The notes under the pieces: model-generated
What the model was told of the DNA's origin: nothing
The model's input: only the letters and a program-made list of their open reading frames with translations
Database searches by the model: none
In this document: piece by piece, positions 12,784-24,972 of the stretch
How the letters are laid out: every line of letters starts with the position of its first letter
How positions within the stretch are numbered: the first letter of the stretch is position 1
NCBI GenBank assembly: GCA_000004695.1
Contig: CM000151.3
Location: 3,424,001-3,488,000, forward strand
DNA: 64,000 bases
From: Dictyostelium discoideum
Taxonomy: Eukaryota
Direction of reading: 5' to 3'
Made by a program: the position numbers and the translations under genes

Positions 12784-13084
12784 AATTTTAAATATTTACT
12801 TAGTGATTAAAAAAAAATATTAAAAATGGATAATGACTCATAAACTAAGAATTTTCCAGGTTTTTATTTTTTTGCAAAATAAATAAATTGGATCCTCGTC
12901 ATCGTTTTGGATGACAAGTTTTTTTTTTTTTTTTTTTATATTTTTTTTTTATTTTTTTTTTATTTTGAAGCAGATCACCCACTTTTTTTTTATTTTTTAT
13001 TTTTTTTGTTTTTTTTATTTTTTTTTTTTGAGAATTAATTACAATTTATAAATTTGTATTTATAAATAAATATATATATAAAAA

Positions 13085-13327
13085 ATGGTTAAAAATATAA
13101 AAATATTTTTATCATTATTTTTTGTAGTTGTATTAGGTTTATTAGCTACAACAGCAAATTCAATGGTTATTGGTATTGATTTAGGTTCACAAACATTTAA
13201 AGTATCATTAATTAAACCAGGTGCATTTGAAACCGTTTTAAATGAACAATCTGGTAGAAAAACAATTTCATCTGTTGGTTGGTTTAAAGATGAAAGATTA
13301 TTTTCTTCTGATTCATTTAGTGTTGTA

Positions 13328-13398
<71 letters not shown>

Positions 13399-14067
13399 AA
13401 CTTACACAATCCAAAATATTTTTATTTATTTTTATATTTATTTTTTTTATTTATTTATTTTAATTTAATTTTTAGTGGGCTAGAAATCCAAAACAAAATT
13501 ATAATTTAATTCAAGCATTTTTAGGTATTAAATATAAAGAAGGATTAGTTGAAGAGATTAGTAATGGATTACCATTAGGATTTAAGGTAAAGAATGATAC
13601 TGTTAGAAATACAGTTTCAATTGTATACGATGATGATACCAATTATTCAGCAGAGGAATTGACAGGTATGTTATTAAGAAGAGTTAAGGATATGGCATCG
13701 TCATATGCAGGTTCATCAATCAAGGATTGTGCAATCACAATTCCACCTTACTTTACACAACAACAAAGACAAGCATTATTGGATGCTGCTCAATTAGCAG
13801 GATTAAATGTTTTATCATTAATTCATGATGTCAATGCAGCTGCATTATCATTTGCAATGGATCGTACTTTCTTAGAAAAGAATGAGTCCGTTATCTTTTA
13901 CGATATGGGTGCAAGACATACCTCTGTATCATTAGTTGAATTTGAATCTCATAATGAACAAATCAAAGGTGTCAAAAAGAATAAAACAGTTTGTAAGTAT
14001 AATTTCAAATCACCCATTTTTTTTTTTTTTTTTTTTTTTATTATTTATTAATTTTTTTTTTATTTTT

Positions 14068-14105
<38 letters not shown>

Positions 14106-14486
14106 TAATTATAGCATCAGCATCAGTTAAAGGTATTGAATGGGATGAAAAATTAGGTGGATTTGATTTTGATATGGTAATTGTAAATCATTTGAAAACA
14201 TTATTAAAGAAACAAATTCCATCAGCCAATGTTGATGATATTAAGATTACAATTAAATTATTAAAAGAAGTTGGAAAAATGAAAGAAAATCTTAGCGTAA
14301 ATCAACAAGCTCAAATCTTTATTGGTAGTTTAGTTGATGATCATGATTTCCAAGCAACCATTTCAAAACAACAATTTGAAGAATTATCACAATCATTAAT
14401 TGAACGTTCATTATTACCACTAAAAAAATTAATTCTTTCAACTGGTATTAAATTAGTATGTGTTGTTCATACACTTCATTTTATTA

Positions 14487-14566
<80 letters not shown>

Positions 14567-16304
14567 TACTGTTAACAGTACTAATATTAAATATATTTGT
14601 TTATTTATTTATTTATTATAGAAAGATATTGAATATTTTGAAGTTATTGGTGGTGGTGTTAGAATTCCATTTATTCAACAAGCATTAAAAGATTACTTAA
14701 AGAGAGATACATTAGATAAACATTTAAATGGTGATGAAGCAATGTCAAATGGTGCTGCATTTTATGCAGCAAGTTTAACACATTATTTTAAAGTTAAAGA
14801 AATTAAACTTAAAGATATTTTATTAAATTCAGTTGATGTTGAAATTAATAATAATATAATTAATAGTGGCGGTGCTGGTGAAACTTTATTAGAAGAAACT
14901 GAAGATAATGAAGATAATGAATTAAATAATAGTGGTAATGAACAACAACAACAACAACAACCAACTATTAACCAAGGCGGATTAAAGGATAAAAAAATTC
15001 AATTATTTAAAGTTAATTCAAAATTAGGTATAAAGAAAACTGTTTCATTTTCATCAGAGAATGGATTTTCATTATTTTTAAATAATCCAACAATTAATAA
15101 TCCATTAGCAACTTATACAGTTTCAAATGTACCAACACCAGGTGAAAAATATAATTTCACTGGTAAACCAAAGATTCATTGTTCTTTCCGTTTAACCACT
15201 AGCGGTATAGTTGTTTTAGAGAAAGCTGAAGCTGAAATCACCGTTTCATTAATTAAACCACAACCACAACAAAATAAAACATCCTCATCAACAAGCACAA
15301 CTAAAAAGAATACCACCACAATTGAAACAACTGATGGTGGTAGTGAAGAAACTACTGATGAAACTACAACCAAACAACAACAACAACAAGAAAAAGAAGA
15401 GGAAGAAGAAGTTGTAGTTGTTGAAAAAGTTATTGAATATATTCAAAAAACAATTAGAGTACCATTAAATTTCACAATTAAATATAATGGTTGTGTTGAA
15501 CCATTATCAAAGGAATTAAGTCAAGAAAGTAATGATAGAATTAATAAATTGGATCAAGTTGATAGAATTTTAAGAGAATTAAGACAAGAGAGAAATAATT
15601 TAGAATCATTTATTTATGAAACTAAAGATAAATTGGAATCTAATGAAGAATATTTGAAATGTTCAACTCAACAAGAGAGAGATCAATTGGTTGAAGAATT
15701 GGATAAAACATCTGCATGGTTATCGGATGCTTTGGATAATGATAATACTGAAACCGAGGAATACCGTAAACAATTGAAAGATATTAAAAAGAAAGCTGAC
15801 AAAATCGTTAACCGTGTCTCTCAATACCAATTGGTACCTGTCGCATTGGAAGAGTTGGAAGACACTGTTGATAAAGTTAAACCAATGTTTGAAATCGCTT
15901 CAAAGGATTTAAATGTAACCGCTGAGGAATTAAAAGAAACTACTGATAAAATTCAATCCGTTTCCGATTGGGTACAAGAAAAGAAATCTGAATTCAAATT
16001 AGCTGATTATTCAAAAGATTTACAAACTTCCTCTTTTGATATTAAATTTAAACTTTATGATTTAGAAAGAACAATTAAAGAAATTTTAAAAAAGAAAAAG
16101 AAACCTGTTAAACCATCCTCCTCTAAAAAAGATAAATCTTCAAAATCTTCAAAAGGTAAATCAAATTCAACTGATGAAAAAGATCAAAAACAAAAAGAAC
16201 AAAAAGAACAACAACAACAACAAAAAGAAGAATCTCAATTCCAAAATGATGGTGCTGAGGAACAACAATTTGAAGATGATCATAAAGTTCATGATGAATT
16301 ATAA
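13085..16304 (+). CDS. ER-lumenal Hsp70-superfamily chaperone, GRP170/HYOU1 (Lhs1)-like, 4 exons: join(13085..13324,13476..13992,14115..14455,14622..16304)
   Basis: A signal peptide ([26 protein letters not shown]) is followed by Hsp70 NBD motifs (VIGIDLGSQ; [14 protein letters not shown]; [14 protein letters not shown]). The C-terminus is a long acidic/Lys-rich region ending in the ER-retention signal HDEL. The introns have GTATGT/GTAAGT donors; one carries an A66 run and another an (ATT)n repeat. Confidence 0.8.
13331..13396 (+). repeat. Poly(A) homopolymer of about 66 nt, inside intron 1 of the GRP170-like gene
   Basis: The run is visible directly. The ORF track reads it as poly-K, but it lies downstream of the GTATGT donor at 13325. 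Confidence 0.9.
14488..14566 (+). repeat. (ATT)n microsatellite inside intron 3 of the GRP170-like gene
   Basis: The run attattatt... is visible directly. The track reads it as poly-L or poly-I in different frames. Confidence 0.9.
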
Positions 16305-16427
16305 ATAAAAAAATAAATGTTATTATTATCAAATAACTATTTATTACTTTTTTTTTTTTTTTTATATTTTGTTTTTTTTTTTTTTTTATTTATTTTTTGT
16401 GGAAAAAGGAAATTAATTATAATTTGT

Positions 16428-17054
16428 TTAAGCTAAACCTAATCTTCTACGTTCGGCCATTTTTTCTTCATTTGCTTTTTTCTCTTCTTCTTTACGTTTT
16501 GCTGCTTCTTCTCTTTGTTTTCTTATGACTTGTAATCTTTCGAGATCACTTTTTTGTTGTTTTTCGTTTTGTCTTTGAGTTGCGGCTTGTCTTGCGAGTT
16601 CTTCTTTTTCTCTACGTGAAAGTTCAACTTTAGCGTTTACATTGATTTCACTTAGTTTTTTAGTAACTTGTTTCATTCTATTTGGATTAGCGATTTCGTC
16701 TTCACTATCACTTTCTTTATCTGAATCGTCTTCACTATCGCTCTCTTGTTGTTTTTTAGTGGTTGGTGGTCTTTTAGCTGCTGGTTTTTTGGCATTTGGA
16801 TTTCTAGAGACAATGACTGGTTCATCATCACTTGAATCACTACCTAATTTACTTTTATTATTATTATTTTTTGTTTCATTTTCTGAACCTGATTCAGAAC
16901 CAGAATTATCATCACTATCGCTTTCTTGATTTCTCTTTATAATATCCTCTTCATCATAAACACGATCACGACTAATTTTTCCTTTACTTCTTTCATAATC
17001 ACGACCAAATGTTTTGGTTGGTGCTACTTTACCACCTCTCTTTCCACCTGCCAT
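16428..17054 (-). CDS. PDAP1/HASPP28-like 28 kDa heat- and acid-stable phosphoprotein (208 aa), single exon
   Basis: The protein begins MAGGKRGGK.... It has Ser/Asp/Glu-rich CK2-site clusters (SDSDDNSGSESGSE; SDSEDDSDKESDSEDE) and a conserved C-terminal block (NPNRMKQVTKKL...ELSRREKEELARQ...DLERLQVIRKQREEAAKRKEEE). That block matches the PDAP1 family signature NPNR...ELSRRE...LA.IR.QREEAA. Confidence 0.75.
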   Translation of the reverse strand: MAGGKRGGKVAPTKTFGRDYERSKGKISRDRVYDEEDIIKRNQESDSDDNSGSESGSENETKNNNNKSKLGSDSSDDEPVIVSRNPNAKKPAAKRPPTTKKQQESDSEDDSDKESDSEDEIANPNRMKQVTKKLSEINVNAKVELSRREKEELARQAATQRQNEKQQKSDLERLQVIRKQREEAAKRKEEEKKANEEKMAERRRLGLA

Positions 17055-19305
17055 TATTATTAATTATTTGATAATTGTACAATAAAAAAAAAAAAAAATT
17101 TTTAATAGTTTTTTTAAAAAATAAAAATAAAAAAAAAAAATATTTTTTTTATTTTTTTTTTATTTTTTTTTTATTTTTTTTTTATTTTTTTGAAAATTTT
17201 TTGAAAAATAAAAAAAAAAAAAAAAAAAAGGAAAAATTAAATAAAAAAAAATAAATTAATAAAAAAATAAAAAAAACAATTGTATATTTTTTGTTAAAAT
17301 ATTTAGTAAGACATTATTAATAATTATTTTTTATTTTTTTTATAATTTTAGTTTTTTTATTTTATTTTATTTTTTTATTCTGCTATTTACCATAATTAAA
17401 CCTTTAGAGTTCTTCATTTATATTTATATATCTATATAATATAGATGGAATTCTAAAGGAAAAATATGGAAAATAACAAAAAAAAAAAAAAAAAATTAAT
17501 AAAACTATATAAATTTATATAAATTCTTAAAAAATAATAAAAAAAAAAAAAAAAAAAAAAAATAATAATAATAAAACTAATAAGTTTTATTATTTTTTAT
17601 TTTTTTATTTATTTTTATAATTTTTAAATCTTTAAAATCTCAGAAGGTTGTACGAAGATAAATTAAAACATCATAGTTGTTGTTATTTTGCTGTACATAG
17701 TAAAAAATCAAAATCATAAGATTTCACTTAATGTGCGATTGAATTAAAAAAAAAATAAATAATAAAAAAAAATAAAAAAATTATTATTATTAGAATAGTG
17801 TTTTAAAAATAAATTCTTGGAGATAAAGTTAATTTTAGAATTTTTTGATAGAATTAGGCAATCAAATCACAATCGCCATTATTTATTTTTAATTTTTTTT
17901 TTTTTTAATTTTTTTTTTTTTTTTTTGTCTCTGGGTGGGAGCATTATTATTAATTTAATTTATTGTTTTTTTTTTTTTTTTTATACATTGATTTTTTTTT
18001 TTTTTGGTTTTCAATTTGTATTTTTAATTTATTTTTTCCATTCCAGTATATTATTTAAAAAATATAAAAAAAATAAATAGTAAAAATAAATAATTATTTT
18101 ATAATTAAATTAAAAAAGGATAATATAATATTAAATTAAGTTAAAATTAAAAAAAATAATAATAATCAAATAAAAATAGAAAATAATTAATTAAAAATTA
18201 ATATAAATTAAAAAAATAAATAATTTTAATTTTTTTAAAATAATAATTATTAAAAAAGAAATTTATTAATTATACAAATTTTCATTATCAAAAAAAAAAA
18301 GAAATAACAGTAAAAAAAAAAAAAAAAGTAAACTCAAATCATATTTACTACTTTTGTATTACAGTATATTTTGTTTAAATTATTTTATTTTATTCACACA
18401 TGCATGTATGCATTTTGGGTAAATTGGAAAATAAAAAAAAAAAAAAAAAATATTAAAAGAAAATAATCTTTAATCAAGTTTATTTATTTGTTAATCATTA
18501 ATTATTTTTTTTATTTAAACATTCTAAGAATATTTCCAAGTGAATAAACAATTCTTTATTTTATTTTTTTTATTTTTTTTTTATTTTTTTATTATTTTTT
18601 TTGTTTTTTGTTTTTTTTTTTTTTTTTTAATTAAGTTTTTTTTTTTTATTTTTATTTTTTTTTAATATAAAAAATTTTTTTTTTTTAATTTTTTTTAAAT
18701 TTTTTTTTTTTTTAATCCCATTTTTTTTATTTGTTTTGTTTACCCACTCACCCACTCACACACACACACTATACATACCACTTTCACCCATTCAAAAATA
18801 CCCTTTTTAATAAATAAATAATAATTAAAAAAAAATTAAATAATTAAATAATTAAAATAATAATAATAATAATAATAATAATTAAATATATATAATCTTT
18901 AAATATTATACATAAATAATTATTATCACTATTAAATACATTTAGGACAACAAAAAAAAAAAAAAACAAAAAAACAAAAAATAAACAAAAAAAAAAAAAA
19001 AAAAAAAAAATATAGTTTTTAAATAGATTAATATCGTTTAAAAATTCTTATTTTTTTTTATTTTTTTAAAGAGAGTGGCAGTAATATTAATTAAAAAAAC
19101 TATTAAAAACCTTTTAAAAAAAAAAATTGTAGTGTTAAAGAATCAAAGTAATAACAACAGCAATAGTATACATACATTATTTAAGCAACATACAAGCAAT
19201 AACAATAACAATATTAATAATAGTATTAAAAACGATAATTTAATAATTGGTGGTAACAAATTTAAAATTATAAAAAACAACAACAATAACAATAATAATA
19301 ATAAT

Positions 19306-19623
19306 ATGGGATCAGTTGAAAGTTCAAATCAAATGAATGGATCCATTGAAAATAAAACAAATAAGATTGATATTAGTGTATTGAGACCATTACCAACTAG
19401 AAGCAATAGCTCAATATCATTAAGTTCCTCTTCTCATAGTTCATTCAGTAGAATGGGATCACTAGGTTCATTACCAACAAATTCTGGTTCTTCTTCACCC
19501 TATTACAATAATAGTTCATTTGATCTTGTTGATGAAGAAAGAATTAAATCTTCAATTTATAATTTAAAAAATCATATTAAATGTATTCATAAAATTAAAG
19601 AAGAATTTAGAGTAAGTTTTAAT

Positions 19624-19659
<36 letters not shown>

Positions 19660-21076
19660 AAAACAAAAATGACTTACTTTTATTTATTTTTTATTTTTAT
19701 TTTCATTTTTTTTAAAAAAAAAAAAAATAGTTATTGGAAGAATCTGTTGGACCAAGTGAAACCAGTGAAGGTGATAAAAAACATAACACATCAAAGAATA
19801 GATATACTAATATTTTACCAGTTAATCATACAAGAGTACAATTAAAAAAGATTCAAGATAAAGAAGGTTCAGATTATATTAATGCTAATTATATTGATGT
19901 AAGTATATATTTAATTAATTTTTTTTAATAATATAATTCTAATTTTTTTCTTATTTTTTATTTTTTATTAATAATAAAAAGGGAGCATACCCAAAACAAT
20001 TTATTTGTACACAAGGACCATTACCAAATACAATTGCTGATTTTTGGAGAATGGTATGGGAAAATCGATGTCGTATTATTGTTATGCTTTCAAGAGAGTC
20101 TGAAAACTGTAGAATAAAATGTGATAGATATTGGCCAGAACAAATTGGAGGTGAACAATTTTCAATATATGGTAATGGTAATGAAGTATTTGGCACATAC
20201 AGTGTCGAATTGGTTGAGGTTATCCAAGATCCAGAGAGAGAGATAATCACAAGAAACATTAGACTTACATTTGAGGGTGAGACAAGAGATATCACTCAAT
20301 ATCAATATGAAGGTTGGCCAGATCATAACATCCCAGATCACACTCAACCATTCCGTCAGTTGTTACATAGTATCACAAATCGTCAAAATCAAATCATACC
20401 ATCATCAGATAGAAATGTTCCAATCATCGTTCATTGTAGTGCAGGAGTTGGTAGAACCGGCACCTTTTGTACAGCCGTCATTATGATGAAAAAGTTGGAC
20501 CATTACTTTAAACAATTGGATGCTACTCCAATTGATCAAGTCGTTGATCCTTTCACTCATTTACCAATCACTGAATATCAAAGTGATAATTTAGATTTAA
20601 AAGGACTTGGTTATCATTTTAAATCTTCAATTTATAATAGTAATGGTATAAATAATAATAATAATAATAATTTAAATAATAATAATAATATTAATAATAA
20701 TTCAAATGGTTCAAATAATACGCCACAAACTGAACCAAATAATGAGGAAGATGATGATGACGCAGCAGAATCTGACTTAAAATATGCAATAATGGATAAA
20801 TATAATAGTAGAATCGATTTTAATTTATTTTCAATAGTTTTGAAACTTAGAGAGCAACGTCCTGGAATGGTTCAACAATTAGAACAATATCTATTTTGTT
20901 ATAAAACAATTTTAGACGAAATTTATCATAGATTAAATTGTAAATTAGGTTTTTCTTTACCACATGTTAATAATATCAATAATTATAATAATTATAGTAA
21001 TACTACTACCACCACTACTTCTTCTTTAGCCTCAACTACAATAATTCATCCATCTACAAATAGTAAATTAAATTAA
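19306..21076 (+). CDS. ptpA: Non-receptor protein tyrosine phosphatase (522 aa model), 3 exons: join(19306..19611,19731..19898,19982..21076)
   Basis: PTP motifs span the exons: [14 protein letters not shown]...DYINANYID|[13 protein letters not shown]...FWRMVWEN...KCDRYWP...WPDHNIPD...[13 protein letters not shown]...[16 protein letters not shown]. An Asn-rich insertion of about 100 aa lies between the catalytic loop and the Q-loop. Both donors are GTAAGT. The track's starts at 19075 (GTG), 19734 (TTG) and 20051 are artefacts. The first in-frame ATG is at 19306 (MGSVES, which also fits an N-myristoylation pattern). The 522-aa length matches my recollection of Dictyostelium PTP1, so the symbol is tentative. 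Confidence 0.75.
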
Positions 21077-21494
21077 TAAATTTTCATATAAATTTTTTTT
21101 TTTTTTTTTTTATTAATTATTAATTTTCATATATATATATTATAAAAATTTGTATATAAAATTATATCTTTTTAAAATAATAACAAACAAAAACAAAAAC
21201 AAAAACAAAAATAACAAAAACAAAACAAACAAATCAACTAATAACAAAAAATGACAAAATTAAACAACAAACTTACAGACATAACATTAAACAATACTTT
21301 GACACATTACTTTATCAAAAAAAAAAATAAAAATAAAATAACTAAAATAATAATGATTAATTTATTAATAAATCATTATTAGTTTTTTCACACATTAAAA
21401 ACTTTTTTTTTTTTTTATAATAAAAAACACCAACACTAAAAAATGTTTTATTTTTAAATTTTCTTTGAAATCAAATTTGATTTCTTTTGTTTTT

Positions 21495-21525
<31 letters not shown>

Positions 21526-21586
21526 CATTGGGTCAAATGGGGAAAAAAAAACTTTTTTTATTTTTTTTATTTATCATCAATTAAAA

Positions 21587-23092
21587 ATGGATTATCAATT
21601 ATTTAAAAAAGTATTTAATAATAAATATTTAAGAAATAAAATATTTGAATCAGTTTCAATAATAAATAAAGAGAATAAATTTATAGTAAAGAAATTTAAT
21701 CAATGTGGAGTTAAATGGATAGTAATGAATAATCATTTTCAATTATTAATTTATATATTTAAAATCCAAGCAAATAAAAGAAAACAATTAACATATCCAT
21801 TATTACAAAGATTTCTAGAATTTAATCAATCAATTGAAATTTTAAAAATTTTAATTTGTCAAGTACCATCATTTTTTGAAAATTTAACACCAATTCAACA
21901 ATTTAATAATTCACAATCATTATTTAGTTCAATGAAATCAAAAAATGAATTAATTATTAAATATTTAATTGAAGAAAAAAGTTTTGAAATTACAAAAATT
22001 TCAATTGATTTTGTGTGTTGTCAAGAAAATTATCAATTTTTTAAATATTTATTATTAATTGATGAAAAATTAAATAAAAATAATAATAATAATAATAATA
22101 AAAATAATAATTTAATAAATAATTCAAATTTTCAACAAATTAATCTTGTAATTAAATTTAATGATTTTGAATTTTTTAAAGAATTAATAGAAAAATCAAA
22201 TAATGTTGAAATTTTAAAAAATTATTTAAAAAATGAAGATACAATTGTATCAATTATAAAAACGTGTGGTAATAATTTAAATTTGGAATTTATAAAATTC
22301 ATTTTTCAAATGTTTAATAATGAACAATTAAAATTAACAACGACAGTTATTATTGAAACTATTAAATTTGGTTCATTTGATTTGTTGAAATTATTATTAG
22401 AAAATCAAGATTATTTTAGTAATAAATTCAGTTCAATTAAAACTTCACCATTTATAAATAAATATTGTTTTTTATATTTATTAGTATACAGATGTGATAA
22501 AGAAATTTTAGATTATTATTGCAAAAAATTGAATTTATTTAATAATACCACCGCCACCGATGATGAAGATGACGATTTATCGTTAAAAGAGACAATTGGG
22601 GATATAGAAGTTTATGAAAAACTATCAAATTTTAAAAATGGTAAAACTTGTATTATTTCATTCATTGGTGATATTTCATCAAACATTTGTTATGACCATA
22701 ATCAATCGTCATTGGAAATGATGAAATATTTAAGTGGAAACCAATACTTTAATTCAATATTTACAATAACCACAACCGTTATGGATAATGCGTTGTTTTC
22801 AGGTAGGTTCGATATTTTCAATTGGTTAGTTAAGAATGGTAATCAAGGTTGTTCAGATAAAGGTTTCCATTTTTGTTGTAGAAATATGCCACAATATCGA
22901 TTTCAATTGGCTACTATTTTAGAGAAATTCAGATCAAATTTTAGTGATGATGTAATTTTAAATTCAATTTCTTCAAATGATTATTTTAGATTAGATAAAA
23001 AGAATCATAATTATTTATCTTCATTTTTACCACAACATTTAAAACCTGATTTTCCAATGGAATATACACCAATTAAAACTAAATATTTATAA
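21587..23092 (+). CDS. Hypothetical protein, 501 aa, single exon, Asn/Lys-rich, no recognisable domain
   Basis: A long uninterrupted ORF with a genuine ATG and ordinary amoebozoan codon usage. It is far longer than chance would give in DNA of about 75% AT. Confidence 0.55.
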   Translation: MDYQLFKKVFNNKYLRNKIFESVSIINKENKFIVKKFNQCGVKWIVMNNHFQLLIYIFKIQANKRKQLTYPLLQRFLEFNQSIEILKILICQVPSFFENLTPIQQFNNSQSLFSSMKSKNELIIKYLIEEKSFEITKISIDFVCCQENYQFFKYLLLIDEKLNKNNNNNNNKNNNLINNSNFQQINLVIKFNDFEFFKELIEKSNNVEILKNYLKNEDTIVSIIKTCGNNLNLEFIKFIFQMFNNEQLKLTTTVIIETIKFGSFDLLKLLLENQDYFSNKFSSIKTSPFINKYCFLYLLVYRCDKEILDYYCKKLNLFNNTTATDDEDDDLSLKETIGDIEVYEKLSNFKNGKTCIISFIGDISSNICYDHNQSSLEMMKYLSGNQYFNSIFTITTTVMDNALFSGRFDIFNWLVKNGNQGCSDKGFHFCCRNMPQYRFQLATILEKFRSNFSDDVILNSISSNDYFRLDKKNHNYLSSFLPQHLKPDFPMEYTPIKTKYL

Positions 23093-23161
23093 ATAAAATT
23101 ATTATTATTATTTTTTATTAAAAAATGAAAAAAAATATTCTGTATAAGAACCATGATAATC

Positions 23162-23192
<31 letters not shown>

Positions 23193-23236
23193 ATTAGAAA
23201 ATGTTTGTTTGTGTGAATAATAAAAATTTAAGGTGT

Positions 23237-23804
23237 TTAGGATTTGTATGGGGGGTGACATTGTTTTTGTTTTTTTTTTATAAAAAATTTAAAAAAAAGA
23301 TACATACTTAAATGATTTTCAAATTTTTCTAAACAATAATCTATTTCTTCATAGGTTTCTATATATTCATCACATTTCTTACATGAACCACCTAAAACTC
23401 CACTACATGTTGCTGATTGAATAAAATGATTATAAAAAAATGTATGACCTTCCTTATCTTGAATATATTTTTTACCTTTTATTCTTATATAATTGTTTTT
23501 TGGTTTTTTTTTAATATCATTTTCTAAATGAGTATCTTTTAAAATAATTTTTTGTAAAATTAAATAATTAATATATTTTTTTTTTTTTTTTATTAAATTT
23601 GGAAAAAATAAAAAAAATATATAACATACTAATATGAAAAACAAAATCATTAAGTTCAAAATTTCTTTTTGAATAGGTTTTAAAAATAGAATTACATCTT
23701 TTACATTGACCAATTACACAATCATTTTCACTGTATTCAATTTCTTTAAAATACATATTAAACCAATCAAAATCTTCAATATAATTTTTTTTTCTTTCTT
23801 CCAT
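23237..23804 (-). CDS. Small cysteine-rich protein with two CxnCxxC modules, predicted 2 exons: join(23804..23630,23535..23237) on the minus strand
   Basis: Exon 1 encodes MEERKKNYIEDFDWFNMYFKEIEYSENDCVIGQCKRCNSIFKTYSKRNFELNDFVFHI. A GTATGT donor and a unique downstream AG (TTTTAAAAG) join in frame to ...THLENDIKKKPKNNYIRIKGKKYIQDKEGHTFFYNHFIQSATCSGVLGGSCKKCDEYIETYEEIDYCLEKFENHLS.... The module C-x4-C-x2-C...Y/F is duplicated and looks zinc-ribbon-like. The 3' end is uncertain because a second GTATGT follows HLS. Confidence 0.4.
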
Positions 23805-23815
23805 TATTTAATTAT

Positions 23816-23879
23816 AAAATAAAATAAAATAAAATAAAATAAAATAAAATAAAATAAAATAAAATAAAATAAAATAAAA
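23816..23879. repeat. (AAAAT)n pentanucleotide microsatellite, about 13 units
   Basis: The repeat aaaataaaat is visible directly, just upstream of the minus-strand gene start at 23804. Confidence 0.9.
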
Positions 23880-24075
23880 AAAAAAAATTAAAAAAAAAAG
23901 GAAAAAAAAAAAAAATGGAAAAAAAGTGAAAAAAAAAAATGATCAGATATGATTTGTTTAAAATAAAATAAAAACTAAAAAAAGAATTTCAGAATTATCA
24001 GATAATGAAATGAGTTTGAAAATTTATTATTTATTATTTACTATTTATTTTTTATTTTTTTTTTTGAATAATTTG

Positions 24076-24136
<61 letters not shown>
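24076..24136. repeat. Poly(A) homopolymer of about 61 nt in a divergent intergenic region
   Basis: Visible directly in the sequence. Confidence 0.9.
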
Positions 24137-24140
<4 letters not shown>

Positions 24141-24335
24141 GATTACTTGATTGTAGATTAATTATTTTTTTTACACGTTTTTATAAATCTGTATTTATAA
24201 TACGATGCATGTTGTTTGGGAGTATTTATTTATTTCTGAAATTACCCATATATTTATATTTTTTTTGATTGATTATATATATAAATAATATTCTACATTT
24301 AAACCAAAACACCATTATTTTTAAGAATTATACCC

Positions 24336-24381
<46 letters not shown>

Positions 24382-24681
24382 TTTTTATATACTAATTTCT
24401 CTGCATTAAATAATTTAAATACCGTTTAGGATGAATCATAAATAACAACACCCATTTTATTTATTATTTTTATGTTTTTTTTTTTTTTTTTTTTAAATTT
24501 ATTTTTTTTTTTATTTTTATTTATTTTTTCTAACACATTATTATTTTAAAGTGGGGGTTCTTGTTACTGTTTTGTTTATATGTGCAAAAATGCATATATA
24601 CTGGTGTGTTAGATTGAATATTTTTACAAATTAAATAATTCTAAATATATATAAAAATTTGTATTATTGTTTAAAAATTTG

Positions 24682-24718
<37 letters not shown>

Positions 24719-24972
24719 AAAAACAATGATTACAATTTTTGTCTTTAATTATTTATTATTAAAATACTAAATATTAAAAAATTAAATTTATATGAATATT
24801 TAAAAAAAAAAATTTATAAAAAACAAAAAATAATAAAAATTAAAAATATTATATAAAAAATAATAGAATAAAAAAAATAAATAAAAAAAAAAAAAAAAAA
24901 ATATCCAAATAAAAATAAAAAAATATAAAAAAAAAAATAAAATAAAATAAAAAAAAAAAAGAAAAAAAGAGA

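Noticed and set aside
19951-20347. Minus-strand ORFs 19951..20295 and 20162..20347 overlapping the PTP catalytic exon; similar antisense ORFs 15176..15373, 16123..16332, 16642..16929, 24992..25201, 26738..26935, 40314..40511, 44613..44828, 47689..47904, 50977..51351, 57116..57364, 62246..62685 and 60755..60982
   Set aside because: They sit entirely within, and antisense or out of frame to, well-supported genes. They are short and have no motifs.
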